Shown: positions 18,860 through 27,968 of the stretch, piece after piece
Layout: the number at the start of each line of letters is the position of its first letter
How positions within the stretch are numbered: position 1 is the first letter of the stretch
Source of the DNA: Actinomycetota bacterium
GTDB taxonomy: Bacteria; Actinomycetota; UBA4738; JACQTL01
Direction: 5' to 3'
NCBI GenBank assembly: GCA_036394995.1
Contig: DASWED010000089.1
Span: 2,042 to 66,041, forward strand
Length of the DNA stretch: 64,000 nucleotides
Position numbers and translations under genes: made by a program
The notes under the pieces: model-generated
Seen by the model: the letters and a program-made list of their open reading frames with translations, nothing else
Told to the model about the DNA's origin: nothing
Database searches by the model: none

Positions 18860-21412
18860 ATGCGCCCACGTTCCGCAAGCCGACCTCGGGTATTGGCCGT
18901 TGCCGCCGTTCTGGCCCTGGCCATGGCCGGGGTCGGGGTGAGCCAGGCATCCACGCCGTCGAACGGCACGGTGAGCCCGGCGTCGCCGAACACGTCCTGG
19001 ACGGGTCCCGTGCAGAGCGCGGTCACCCAGGGACCGTCCGACGCCGAGTGCCACGACACCGGGGCCTTCTGCGACGACTACACGCTCACGGTGAGCATCC
19101 CCGCGGGGTACTGGACCGGCCATTCTGGCGGCGTGACCTTCGACGTCACCACCACCGTCCCCGCCAACGACTTCGACCTGTACGTGTACTCCGACGCGGC
19201 CCACACGCAGGAGGTCAACCACGCCGCCGCCGAGGGGACGCTGACCGAGAACGTGTTCGTGCCGAGCGCCCAGGGCAATTACTACGTCCGGGTCGTGTAC
19301 TTCGCGGTGGCGAACTCCGGGTACGACGGCTCGGCCACCTTCACCTCGCAGGCGGGCGGCGTCTTCGGCGGGGCCACGTTCTCGAACACCCAGGTCTCGT
19401 TCGCGCCGGCCACGGTCGTCTCGGCGAACTTCCTGGGGGGCGAGCCCCAGACCACCATGGAGCGTCCCCGGAAGGACTCCCTGTCCGGGGCCATCAACCC
19501 CAACCGCATCTTCGTGGACTGGCCGCTGTCCTCCCGGTCGAACACCGGCCAGCTCAACCGATCCACCGACGGCGGCAAGAGCTTCCGCCTCCTCATCGAC
19601 CTGACGTGCGCCGAGCGGAGCCGGCCGAACTGCGCGACGGGCGGCGGCGGGGACACCGAGACCGACGTGAACCCGAAGAACGGACACGTGTTCTTCGCCG
19701 ACCAGGAGTCGCTGGCCCAGGAGTCCGAGAGCAGCTCGATCGACCACGGCGACTCGTTCCCGGTGGCCAGGCAGTTCGCCGTGTCCAACGGCGCCACGGG
19801 CGTCGACCGCCAGTGGCTGGCGGCCACCGACAACAGCTCCGCCTACCAGGTGAATGGGAGCACCATCGAGGCGTTCCTGGCCTACCACGTGCCGGGGGCG
19901 GGGCAGTTCGTCGAGGGCATCGACCAGAACGGGCAGCCCATCCCGCAGCCCGTCACCCAGCTCCAGTTCGTGTCCCAGAGCGGGCAGATGCGGGTGGACA
20001 ACACGGACGGCCCGGGGCACGGGTGGATCTACCAGCCGTACCGGTCGTTCACGGGCCACCCGCTGGGGGTGAGCCATTACATCGTGGCCACGGCCCAGGC
20101 ATCGGGCTACCAGCTCCCCACGAACTGGCAGGACAACCTGGTGAACGGCGACAACCCGACGATCTTCCCGTGGCTGTCGCTCGACAACCACGGGAACGCC
20201 TACGCCGTGTGGTCCACCGGTGGGGTGATGTACTACAGCGCCTCGCCGATCGACGACAGGGCGAACAACCCACTGATCGGGGGACGGCCGGGGTCGTTCT
20301 GGACGCCGAAGGTCCGGGTGGACCTGCCGTCGGTGACGATCGCGCTGTTCCCGGAGGTCATCGGCGGCGGCGCCGGCCGGATCGGGATCACCTACATCGG
20401 CACCACGGCGACCTGCGACGCCGGCGACCCCGCGAACTGCGTCCCCGCCACCAGGTGGCAGACGTACGGCGCCGTGATCACGAACGCACTCCAGCAGACC
20501 GGGCCGGCCGTGATCTCCACGGGCCTGGTCAGCCACCGCTCGATCCACCGGGGCAACGTGTGCACCAGCGGCACCACGTGCGCGGCCACCGTCCCGGCCC
20601 AGGACCGCTCGCTGCTCGACATGATCGACCTCGGCGTCGACAAGGACGGCCGCATCGGCGTGGTGTTCAGTGACAACAACAGCCGGTTCGGCGAGGGCTC
20701 CACGCCGGCGGACCCCAAGCAGTCGCCGTTCGTCCACTTCGCGAAGCTGGTGCAGGGCCCGGGGTTGCTCACGGCGAAGCCCAGCCTCTCGGTGTCGGTC
20801 TCGTCCACGCCGGAGCGGGGCGACGTGGGCGGGGACGCCACGTGGCCGAACGTGAAGAACGCCACGAACATGCCCGGCCTCGACATCACGCACGAGTCGC
20901 TCCGCCTCTCCAACGGGTTCCTGGTCGGGCGGATCCGGCTCCAGGACGCGAGCCTGGCCAAGATGGGCGCGGCGCTGACCCAGTTCAACGCGGCCTCCTC
21001 GGCCGCGGGGAGCACGGACCCGGCCGCCGAGCGCCTGCAGTACGTGCTGCGCTTCTCGACGGGCTCGGACATCTATCACATGTCCGCCGAGTTCACGCCG
21101 GGGCAGCCCCTGCGGTTCTTCGGGGGCAAACTCGATGCGAACGACCAGCTCATCAACCCCGCGAACGATGCGGTCAGCGGGGCCGGCTACCACACCGACG
21201 CCGCCTACCACGTGACGGGCAAGATCATCGTTCGCCAGAACGTGATCCTGCTGAAGGCGCCCGTGGGGGACTTCGCCGGGTTCGGAGCGGGGACGAAGCT
21301 GTACAGCGTCGCCTCGTACTCGATGGCCGGCCCCACGGAGGCCAACGAGCTCACGATCCTGGTGATCAACCGGACGGTGGACGCCGCGGAGGCGTTCGAC
21401 GCGACCCTGTAG
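18860..21412 (+). CDS. Secreted protein with an N-terminal PPC-like domain and BNR/Asp-box (sialidase-like beta-propeller) repeats
   Basis: ATG 18860 follows GAGAGGGGGA. Signal peptide MRPRSASRPRVLAVAAVLALAMAGVGVSQA. FDLYVY-type pre-peptidase domain. Asp-box-like STDGGKSF and SIDHGDSF. Confidence 0.75.
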   Translation: MRPRSASRPRVLAVAAVLALAMAGVGVSQASTPSNGTVSPASPNTSWTGPVQSAVTQGPSDAECHDTGAFCDDYTLTVSIPAGYWTGHSGGVTFDVTTTVPANDFDLYVYSDAAHTQEVNHAAAEGTLTENVFVPSAQGNYYVRVVYFAVANSGYDGSATFTSQAGGVFGGATFSNTQVSFAPATVVSANFLGGEPQTTMERPRKDSLSGAINPNRIFVDWPLSSRSNTGQLNRSTDGGKSFRLLIDLTCAERSRPNCATGGGGDTETDVNPKNGHVFFADQESLAQESESSSIDHGDSFPVARQFAVSNGATGVDRQWLAATDNSSAYQVNGSTIEAFLAYHVPGAGQFVEGIDQNGQPIPQPVTQLQFVSQSGQMRVDNTDGPGHGWIYQPYRSFTGHPLGVSHYIVATAQASGYQLPTNWQDNLVNGDNPTIFPWLSLDNHGNAYAVWSTGGVMYYSASPIDDRANNPLIGGRPGSFWTPKVRVDLPSVTIALFPEVIGGGAGRIGITYIGTTATCDAGDPANCVPATRWQTYGAVITNALQQTGPAVISTGLVSHRSIHRGNVCTSGTTCAATVPAQDRSLLDMIDLGVDKDGRIGVVFSDNNSRFGEGSTPADPKQSPFVHFAKLVQGPGLLTAKPSLSVSVSSTPERGDVGGDATWPNVKNATNMPGLDITHESLRLSNGFLVGRIRLQDASLAKMGAALTQFNAASSAAGSTDPAAERLQYVLRFSTGSDIYHMSAEFTPGQPLRFFGGKLDANDQLINPANDAVSGAGYHTDAAYHVTGKIIVRQNVILLKAPVGDFAGFGAGTKLYSVASYSMAGPTEANELTILVINRTVDAAEAFDATL

Positions 21413-21436
21413 CCCCTGGAGCGCGACAAGCGAGAA

Positions 21437-21466
21437 GGGCGGGACCGGACGAATCGGGTCCCGCCC
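21437..21466. terminator. Hairpin between convergent genes (candidate bidirectional terminator)
   Basis: GGGCGGGACC (21437-21446) pairs with GGTCCCGCCC (21457-21466) around a 10-nt loop. It lies between the stops at 21412 and 21495. Confidence 0.5.
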
Positions 21467-21494
21467 TCCTGCCTTCGGGGGCACGTGGCGGTGC

Positions 21495-22418
21495 CTACGG
21501 CTCCAGGCTCAGCGGGATCCTCACCATGTTGATGGGCTGGCCGTTCTCAGCGCTCTCCTCGAACACCTCGAGCGTCCCCGGCTGGGCGTGGTCGACGGTG
21601 TACGAGATGTCGTCCGTGTAATCGCCCCGGCAGCCGGTGCCGCAGGTGGCCGTGACGAACCCCGAGGCGACCTCGTTCCCGCCGTCGTCGAGGAGGCGGT
21701 AGCTCACGGTGGCCTCGAACACGTTCGCCGTCCCGGACACCGTGAACGGGCTGGACACGGTCTGCCCGATGCCCGGCTCCTCCACGACGATGGCGGGCAG
21801 GATCTGCTCGAAGTCCCCGCACTGCCATGGCCGGTGGAGGGCCCGCCCCTGGATGTCGAACGTCTTGATCGGATCGCCCTCCAGCTGGATGGTCACGGCG
21901 TCCACCGACCGGAACTGGTCGATCGTGCACACGACCTGGCCCAGCCGTGTCCACTCCGAGACCGCGCTGCCGCCCGAGAAGTACTCGTTCGACAGGTTCA
22001 CGGTGGCCTCCCCGCTGGAGATCGACAGGTCCACGAGGCTCGTTCCCGGCGGGACCTGGGTGCCGACCCCGGCGTCGGACTCCTCGCCGCTCGGTCCCCC
22101 GAGCAGGGCGGTCAGGGAGGCCCGTCCCACGGCCTCGGTGGCCGGTTCGGTCCGATGGACCAGGAACAGGCTCGAGTCGTCGCCGGCGAACCACACCTCG
22201 TACGTGACGGTGCTCGCCGGTGTGGGCGACGTCTGCGTGTCGGTGGGGCTGGGCCGGGCGGTGGGCGGGGCGCTGTTCGACGGCTCGGGGATGGGGGAGG
22301 TGGTATCGGGGGGCGTGGGTGTGGAGGTGTCGGCCGGGCCGACCCCCACGGCCCGGTGCTTCGCGCAGCCGGCGGCCACCAGGGCCAGGACTCCCAGGAT
22401 CACGACGAGACGCTTCAC
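21495..22418 (-). CDS. GerMN-domain lipoprotein (short LpqB-like) with a C-terminal Ig-like domain
   Basis: GTG 22418 overlaps the mtrB stop (GTGA). MKRLVVILGVLALVAAGCA lipobox, a Pro/Thr linker, then a GerMN-like segment (SLTALLGGPS...VDLSISSGEATVNLS). It occupies the position of lpqB after mtrAB. Confidence 0.75.
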   Translation of the reverse strand: MKRLVVILGVLALVAAGCAKHRAVGVGPADTSTPTPPDTTSPIPEPSNSAPPTARPSPTDTQTSPTPASTVTYEVWFAGDDSSLFLVHRTEPATEAVGRASLTALLGGPSGEESDAGVGTQVPPGTSLVDLSISSGEATVNLSNEYFSGGSAVSEWTRLGQVVCTIDQFRSVDAVTIQLEGDPIKTFDIQGRALHRPWQCGDFEQILPAIVVEEPGIGQTVSSPFTVSGTANVFEATVSYRLLDDGGNEVASGFVTATCGTGCRGDYTDDISYTVDHAQPGTLEVFEESAENGQPINMVRIPLSLEP

Positions 22419-23887
22419 GGCTCACTCCTTTCTCTCGGTCGTGATCCATCCTCGGGGGGCGCCGCAACGTGGTCCTCTCGGCCGGGTAACAGGTCCGCAA
22501 CGACGATCGCGGGCATCCGGAGCGTGAACCGCGACCCCACCCCGGGCTCGCTGGCCACCTGGATGTCGCCCCCCAGCAGGTGGGCGTTCTCCAGGGCGAT
22601 GGCGAGGCCCAGGCCGCTCCCCGGGCCGGTCCTGGAGCGGTCGGCCTTGTAGAACCGTTCGAACAGGTGGGGCAGGTCCTGGGGGCGGATGCCCGGGCCG
22701 TGGTCGGTGACCTCCACGAACGCCCCGACGCCGTCCCTGCCCACCCGGACCGCGACGTCCCGGCCCCCGTGCTCGACGGCGTTGCCGGTCAGGTTCGCCA
22801 CGATCCGCTCCAGGCGCCGGCGGTCGGAGACCACCACGACCTCCTGGGCCTCGACGCGCACGCGGTCGTCCCATCCCCGCGAGCGGATGGTGGCCTCCAC
22901 CAACGAGCCCAGGTCGAGGGGCTCGGCCCGGACCGTCTGGCGCCCGGCGTCGAACCGGGAGATCTCCATGAGGTCCTCCACCAGCTTGCGGAGGCGGGCC
23001 ACGTCGGCGACCAGGAGCTCGGCCGGCCGCCGGGCCCCGTCCGGGAGGTCGTCGAGGTGCTCGCGCAGGAGTGACGCCTCGCCGACCAGCGCCGACAGCG
23101 GCGTGCGGAGCTCGTGGGCCACGTCCGAGGTGAACCGCCGCTCCCGTTCGCGGGCCTCGGACAGCGCCGCGATCTTGGCCTCCAGGGCCGCGGCCATCTC
23201 GTTGAACGAGGCCGCCCAGGCCCCGAACTCGTCGTCGGTCTCCACCGGCAGCCGGGTGTCGAGCAGTCCCTCAGCCATCGATCGCGCGGCCCGGCTGGCC
23301 CGGGCCACCGGGCCGAGGGTCCGCCGGGCCAGCAGCAGCCCGGCCAGCGCCGCCAGCAGCACGGCGAGGACCCACCCGGCTCCCAGGACGACGGCCAGCT
23401 GCTGGAGGTCGTCCCGGAGCCCGGATTCGTCGAACACGAAGTACAGCTGGACGTCCCGGTTGGTCACCGGTCCCCCCACCACCAGCGAGGGGTGGCCGAG
23501 CACCGTCTCCCGTTCGTAGGCGATCTGACCGTCCTCAACGAGTGCTTGGAGATCGGATGGAGGCCGGAACGACAGCAGGCTCGAGGGCGACGCCACTGTC
23601 TCGCCATCCACAAGCGCCACCGTCGCGATCCCCCCGGTGGCGAAGAAGTCGAGCAGCCGGTTCTTGACGTCCTCGGTCGTCGGATCGGACGGGAGGTTCT
23701 GGCGGGCGAACTCCACGTCCTGCTGGGCCAGGTGGACGGACCGGTCTACCGAGTCGTCCAGGCGGGACTGCCGGACCAGCAGGAACGACCCCATGGCGAG
23801 GGTGCCCGCGGAGAGCCCGGCCACCAGGACGAACGAGACGAAGATCCGCCGGCGGAGGCGGGTGGGGGCGGCGATGCGGCGCGGCAT
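22415..23887 (-). CDS. mtrB: Two-component sensor histidine kinase (MtrB-like)
   Basis: Two TM segments, HAMP, the H-box SDVAHELRTPLSAL, and N/G1/G2 ATPase motifs (GNAVEHG, DHGPGI, GSGLGLAI). Immediately downstream of mtrA. Confidence 0.85.
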   Translation of the reverse strand: MPRRIAAPTRLRRRIFVSFVLVAGLSAGTLAMGSFLLVRQSRLDDSVDRSVHLAQQDVEFARQNLPSDPTTEDVKNRLLDFFATGGIATVALVDGETVASPSSLLSFRPPSDLQALVEDGQIAYERETVLGHPSLVVGGPVTNRDVQLYFVFDESGLRDDLQQLAVVLGAGWVLAVLLAALAGLLLARRTLGPVARASRAARSMAEGLLDTRLPVETDDEFGAWAASFNEMAAALEAKIAALSEARERERRFTSDVAHELRTPLSALVGEASLLREHLDDLPDGARRPAELLVADVARLRKLVEDLMEISRFDAGRQTVRAEPLDLGSLVEATIRSRGWDDRVRVEAQEVVVVSDRRRLERIVANLTGNAVEHGGRDVAVRVGRDGVGAFVEVTDHGPGIRPQDLPHLFERFYKADRSRTGPGSGLGLAIALENAHLLGGDIQVASEPGVGSRFTLRMPAIVVADLLPGREDHVAAPPEDGSRPRERSEP

Positions 23888-23891
23888 CCGG

Positions 23892-24593
23892 CTACTCCTC
23901 GCCGGGCTCCGCGCCAGGGCGTTCGAGCCGGTAGCCGACGCCCCGGATGGTCCGGATCGTCGTGGGGTTGGCCGGATCCGGTTCGACCTTGGCCCGGAGG
24001 CGCTGCACGGCCACGTCCACCAGCCGGGAGTCGCCCAGGTAGTCGTAGTTCCACACCCGCGCCAGCAGGATCTCCCGGGTGAGGACCCGGCCGGGGTGCC
24101 GGGCCAGCTCCAGGAGGAGCCGGAACTCGGTGGCGGTGAGATCGAGGGGCCGGCCGCCGCGACTGGCCACGAAGCCGGTCGGGTCCACCTGGAGGTCGCC
24201 GACCTGCAGCACCGGCTCCTCGCGCTCCGGCGCGGCTCGCCGGAGGACCGCCCGGACCCTGGCCACCAGCTCCGGCAGCTCGAACGGCTTCGTCACGTAG
24301 TCGTCGGCTCCGAGCTCGAGGCCGACGACGACGTCGGTGGTGTCGGTGCGGGCGGTGAGCATGATCACGGGGATCCGGCTGTCCTTCCGGATCTCGCGGA
24401 GGATCTCGAACCCGTCGAGCGAGGGCAGCATGACGTCGAGGATCACGGCGTCGAACGGGTCGTTCCGGGCCCGCATCAGCCCCTCCCGCCCGTCCCCGGC
24501 CGTGGTCACCCGGAGCCCCGCCCGCCCCAGCCCGAGCGCGACCGTCTCCCGGATCGACGCGTCGTCCTCCACCACCAGCACCCGCTCGTCCAC
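23892..24593 (-). CDS. mtrA: OmpR-family response regulator MtrA
   Basis: Shares long stretches with mycobacterial MtrA as I recall it (TARTDTTDVVVGLELGADDYVTKPF; RLVDVAVQRLRAKVEPDPANPTTIRTIRGVGYR). GTG start at 24593. Confidence 0.9.
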   Translation of the reverse strand: MDERVLVVEDDASIRETVALGLGRAGLRVTTAGDGREGLMRARNDPFDAVILDVMLPSLDGFEILREIRKDSRIPVIMLTARTDTTDVVVGLELGADDYVTKPFELPELVARVRAVLRRAAPEREEPVLQVGDLQVDPTGFVASRGGRPLDLTATEFRLLLELARHPGRVLTREILLARVWNYDYLGDSRLVDVAVQRLRAKVEPDPANPTTIRTIRGVGYRLERPGAEPGEE

Positions 24594-24764
24594 GTCGGGT
24601 CAAGCGTAGCCCCGCGGCTGGCGCGAACCCAGGGAAAGGACCGGGTCGGGCCGGGCTTTCCGGGGTGACCGCCCGTACGATGCTCCGGCCATGCGCCCAT
24701 CGCCTGAGCGGGGCACAGAGGGTCGGGACCACCGACCGGACGGACCCCGGTACCATCGCGGGCC

Positions 24765-25355
24765 ATGGCTGCCGTCGTCGGGATCCGCCATGCGACAGTG
24801 GAGAACCCAGATCACCTCATGTACGGCCGGCTGGACGGGTTCCCGCTGGCGGCGGACGGCATGGCGGCCGCGCGGACGCTGGGTGAGGCCCTTCGCAACT
24901 CCAACATCGTGGCGGTGGATGCGAGCCCGTTGACCCGGGCTCAGGAGACGGCCCGGGCCCTGGCCGAGCCCCGCGGCCTGGAGGTCCGAACCGACGCGCG
25001 GCTCATCGAGTGGGGTGGTCTTGCCCGGTGGTTCGGCCGGCCATGGGCCGAGGCCATGACGGACCCGGAGCTGCTCGCCGTCTATGCCGATCCCGCGGCG
25101 AAGGGCAACGACGATCCCCTGGACGAGGCCGCGGGCCGGGTGACCGCGTGGGCCGAGGAGGCAGCGGATCGCCATCCGGACGGGGTCGTCCTCGGCGTCT
25201 CACACGAGGCGCCGCTGGTGGCCGCGTACCTGGCGGGACGGGGCGGCGACTGGTCCGCGTTCCGCATGCTGAACATCCCGCACCTCGGTGGGGTCCGACT
25301 GATTCCCGGGCCGCCCGAGATCGTCGATCCCGAGATCCTCGTTCCGTCATGCTAG
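24765..25355 (+). CDS. Histidine phosphatase (phosphoglycerate mutase-like) family protein
   Basis: N-terminal RHA(T) catalytic motif (VVGIRHATVEN) and SPLTRAQETA, typical of branch 1 histidine phosphatases. Confidence 0.8.
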   Translation: MAAVVGIRHATVENPDHLMYGRLDGFPLAADGMAAARTLGEALRNSNIVAVDASPLTRAQETARALAEPRGLEVRTDARLIEWGGLARWFGRPWAEAMTDPELLAVYADPAAKGNDDPLDEAAGRVTAWAEEAADRHPDGVVLGVSHEAPLVAAYLAGRGGDWSAFRMLNIPHLGGVRLIPGPPEIVDPEILVPSC

Positions 25356-25493
25356 AGACGGCCCCGCGTTCCGGGTTCTGAACCGACCGGGGTGGCCCCT
25401 CCCGTCTGGGCGAGACCCGTCCGGGGAACGAAGTTGCTGAAGGTTCGCTGAAGAGACGGGTCGTTTCCGGCGCCGGCGGCGAATATGTAGGTG

Positions 25494-26666
25494 ATGAAAC
25501 GACTCCTCATTGCGATCGGAGTTCTGGCCGCGGTGGCCACCGGGTGCGCCACGGTCACCAGCTCCTCGGGGTCCTCGCCCGCATTCAGGACCTGGGGGTC
25601 CGGCAAGGCGTCGAAGTCCACCGCCCCGGCCACCACGCCGGTCCCGACCATCCCGACGCCGCCGTCGCTGTCGCCGCTCCCGCCGGAGGACCCCAACGCC
25701 GAGCCGGTGGTCCAGGTGGTCCATCGGGTGCTCCCCGCCGTGGTGAACGTCACGACGAACCTGCTCGAGCCGAACCCCCTCGGCGGCTCGCAGCAGGGGC
25801 GAGGCGTCGGCACCGGGTTCGTCATCCGCTCGGACGGCATCGTCGTGACGAACTTCCATGTGGTGGAAGGAGCTCAGCGGATCACGGTCACCACGTCGAC
25901 CGAGCCCACCAGGACCTTCGAGGCCCGGGTCATCGGGGGCGACTCGGAGGCCGACCTGGCCGTCCTGAAGGTGGACGCCACCGGACTGCCCACGGTGCGG
26001 ATGGGCGACTCCGCGCAACTGGAGCTGGGGCAGCGCGTCGTGGCGGTGGGCTACGCGCTCGCGCTGAGCGGAGGCCCCACGGTCACCAGCGGGATCGTGT
26101 CTGCGCTCGACCGCGAGGTGAAGGCCGCCGATCCCAATGCCTCAGGCGGGTCGAGGAGCTACACCCACGTCATCCAGACCGACGCGGCCATCAACCCCGG
26201 GAACTCCGGCGGACCGTTGGTGAACCTCCAGGGCCAGGTGGTGGGGATCAACACCGCCGGCGCCCAGCAGGCGGAGAACATCGGGTTCGCCATCTCGATC
26301 GACGCCGCGAAGCCCACGATCGAACACGCGGTGCAGAACCCCTCCGCGCCGCTCGCGTTCCTGGGGGTGACCACCACCACGGTCACGCCGCTGATCGAAC
26401 AGCAGGAGAACCTCACGGTCGACTCCGGCGCGTTCGTCATCGACGTCGCGCCCAAGGGTCCCGCCGAGGACGCCGGGATCGACTCCGGCGACGTGATCGT
26501 GAAGTTCGACGACCAGGCCGTGGACGGCTCCGAGAGGCTCGGCGAGCTCATCCTGGCCCACCACCCGGGCGACGACGCCAACGTCACGGTCGTCCACCAG
26601 GACGGCTCCGACCAGACCTACCACGTCACCCTCGGCGTCCGGCCCCTCCCCACCGCCTCGCCGTAG
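25494..26666 (+). CDS. htrA: HtrA/DegP-family serine protease (trypsin-like domain plus PDZ), lipoprotein-type N-terminus
   Basis: MKRLLIAIGVLAAVATGCA. Catalytic motifs TNFHVV, DLAVLK and GNSGGPLVN. C-terminal PDZ domain. Confidence 0.9.
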   Translation: MKRLLIAIGVLAAVATGCATVTSSSGSSPAFRTWGSGKASKSTAPATTPVPTIPTPPSLSPLPPEDPNAEPVVQVVHRVLPAVVNVTTNLLEPNPLGGSQQGRGVGTGFVIRSDGIVVTNFHVVEGAQRITVTTSTEPTRTFEARVIGGDSEADLAVLKVDATGLPTVRMGDSAQLELGQRVVAVGYALALSGGPTVTSGIVSALDREVKAADPNASGGSRSYTHVIQTDAAINPGNSGGPLVNLQGQVVGINTAGAQQAENIGFAISIDAAKPTIEHAVQNPSAPLAFLGVTTTTVTPLIEQQENLTVDSGAFVIDVAPKGPAEDAGIDSGDVIVKFDDQAVDGSERLGELILAHHPGDDANVTVVHQDGSDQTYHVTLGVRPLPTASP

Positions 26667-26723
26667 CGAAGCAGCTTCCGGTCATGGATGGCGAGCCGGT
26701 CGGTTGGGTCTCGCCGGCTGCGC

Positions 26724-26729
26724 TAGCCT
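26724..26729 (+). promoter_or_regulatory. Candidate -10 hexamer (TAGCCT) placing the transcription start at or near the ttuB GTG (leaderless)
   Basis: The TANNNT match lies 7 nt upstream of GTG 26737, and there is no SD between them. Confidence 0.3.
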
Positions 26730-26736
26730 CTTCTGG

Positions 26737-26949
26737 GTGAAGGTTCGACTGCGGAATCCGGATCGCGAGGTATCGGTCGGCGGACCTCGGCGGGTGCGGG
26801 ACGTGCTGGCCGAGCTGGGCATCGATCCGGACACCGTGCTGGTGATCCGAGACAAGGCGCTGGTCACCCGGGAGGAACGGCTGGACGACGGTGATGAGAT
26901 CGAGGTCCGCCCGGTGATCTCCGGGGGCTCGGGGGGGATTGAAGAATGA
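26737..26949 (+). CDS. ttuB: TtuB-like ubiquitin-fold sulfur carrier (ThiS/MoaD superfamily) with a 6-residue extension after Gly-Gly
   Basis: 70 aa: VKVRLRNPDREVSVGGPRRVRDVLAELGIDPDTVLVIRDKALVTREERLDDGDEIEVRPVISGG-SGGIEE. It is colinear with Thermus TtuB as I recall it (...LEVLSAISGG). The stop overlaps the ttuA ATG (ATGA). Confidence 0.75.
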   Translation: MKVRLRNPDREVSVGGPRRVRDVLAELGIDPDTVLVIRDKALVTREERLDDGDEIEVRPVISGGSGGIEE

Positions 26950-27962
26950 GGTGCCGGCGGTGCCGGGGGCCGGCCGTGGTGGAGGTCAGGCGGCACAACG
27001 CCGCCTTCTGCCAGGAGTGCTTCGTGCACCACGTGCACGAGACGGTGAAGCGCTCCATCAAGTCGCACCGGATGTTCGGGCCGGACGAACGGATCATGGT
27101 CGCCGTCTCTGGCGGCAAGGACTCCCTGGGGCTGTGGGAGATCCTCCTCGATCTGGGATACCGGGCCGCCGGGATGTACCTGGGGCTCGGGATCGGCGAG
27201 TACTCGGAGCGCTCCCGCGTTGTCACGAAGGCCTTCGCCGACGAACACGAAGCGGACCTCATCGACGTGGACCTCCGCGGCGAGTACGGCTACGACATCC
27301 CCACCGCCGGCAAGAAGGGGTCCCGGTCCACATGCGCCGTGTGCGGCCTCTCGAAGCGGTACGTGTTCAACCGGGTGGCCCTGGACCACGGGTTCGACGT
27401 GGTGGCCACCGGCCACAACCTGGACGACGAGGCTGCCACGCTGCTCGGGAACACGCTTCGGTGGCAGACCGAGTACATCGCCCGGCAGTTCCCGGTCCTC
27501 CCGTCGCGCGAGGGCATGGTGAAGAAGGTCAAACCGCTGATCCGGCTGTCCGAGCTGGAGACCGCCGCGTACGCGTTCCTGCGCGGGATCGACTATGTGG
27601 TGGAGGAGTGCCCGCTGGTCGGCGGGAACACCCAGCTCCGGTACAAGGCCGCGATGAACCAGCTCGAGCGGACGAGCCCCGGGACCAAGGCCCAGTTCCT
27701 GCTGGGATACATCGATCGGGCGGCGCCGCTGTTCAAGCACGAGGACACAGCGGAGCTGTCGCCGTGCGAACGGTGCGGGCAGCCCACCACCGGCCGGTTC
27801 TGCGCGTTCTGCCGGGCCCGGGCCCAGGTCCTGGGGGAGCGACTCGGCGCGCCCCCCGAGAAGTCGGAGAGCGACCGCCAGGTGGCCGGCGAGCTGTCCG
27901 AGGAGGTCCTCCCGGCCGAGCTGTACGGCGGCGCGCCGGCGGCCCTGACGATGGGAAGCTGA
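26946..27962 (+). CDS. ttuA: TtuA-like tRNA 2-thiolation PP-loop ATPase (tRNA-5-methyluridine54 2-sulfurtransferase family)
   Basis: N-terminal zinc finger CRRC...CQEC, PP-loop SGGKDS, Fe-S ligand Cys (CAVCG), and C-terminal zinc finger CERCG...CAFC. This is the TtuA/NcsA architecture. Confidence 0.85.
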   Translation: MRCRRCRGPAVVEVRRHNAAFCQECFVHHVHETVKRSIKSHRMFGPDERIMVAVSGGKDSLGLWEILLDLGYRAAGMYLGLGIGEYSERSRVVTKAFADEHEADLIDVDLRGEYGYDIPTAGKKGSRSTCAVCGLSKRYVFNRVALDHGFDVVATGHNLDDEAATLLGNTLRWQTEYIARQFPVLPSREGMVKKVKPLIRLSELETAAYAFLRGIDYVVEECPLVGGNTQLRYKAAMNQLERTSPGTKAQFLLGYIDRAAPLFKHEDTAELSPCERCGQPTTGRFCAFCRARAQVLGERLGAPPEKSESDRQVAGELSEEVLPAELYGGAPAALTMGS

Positions 27963-27968
27963 GCCGAC

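Noticed and set aside
18755-21484. Upstream 900 codons of the 1044-aa minus-strand ORF
   Set aside because: Only the last 134 codons, from ATG 18754, look coding. The rest is antisense to the secreted BNR protein gene, which has an SD and a signal peptide.
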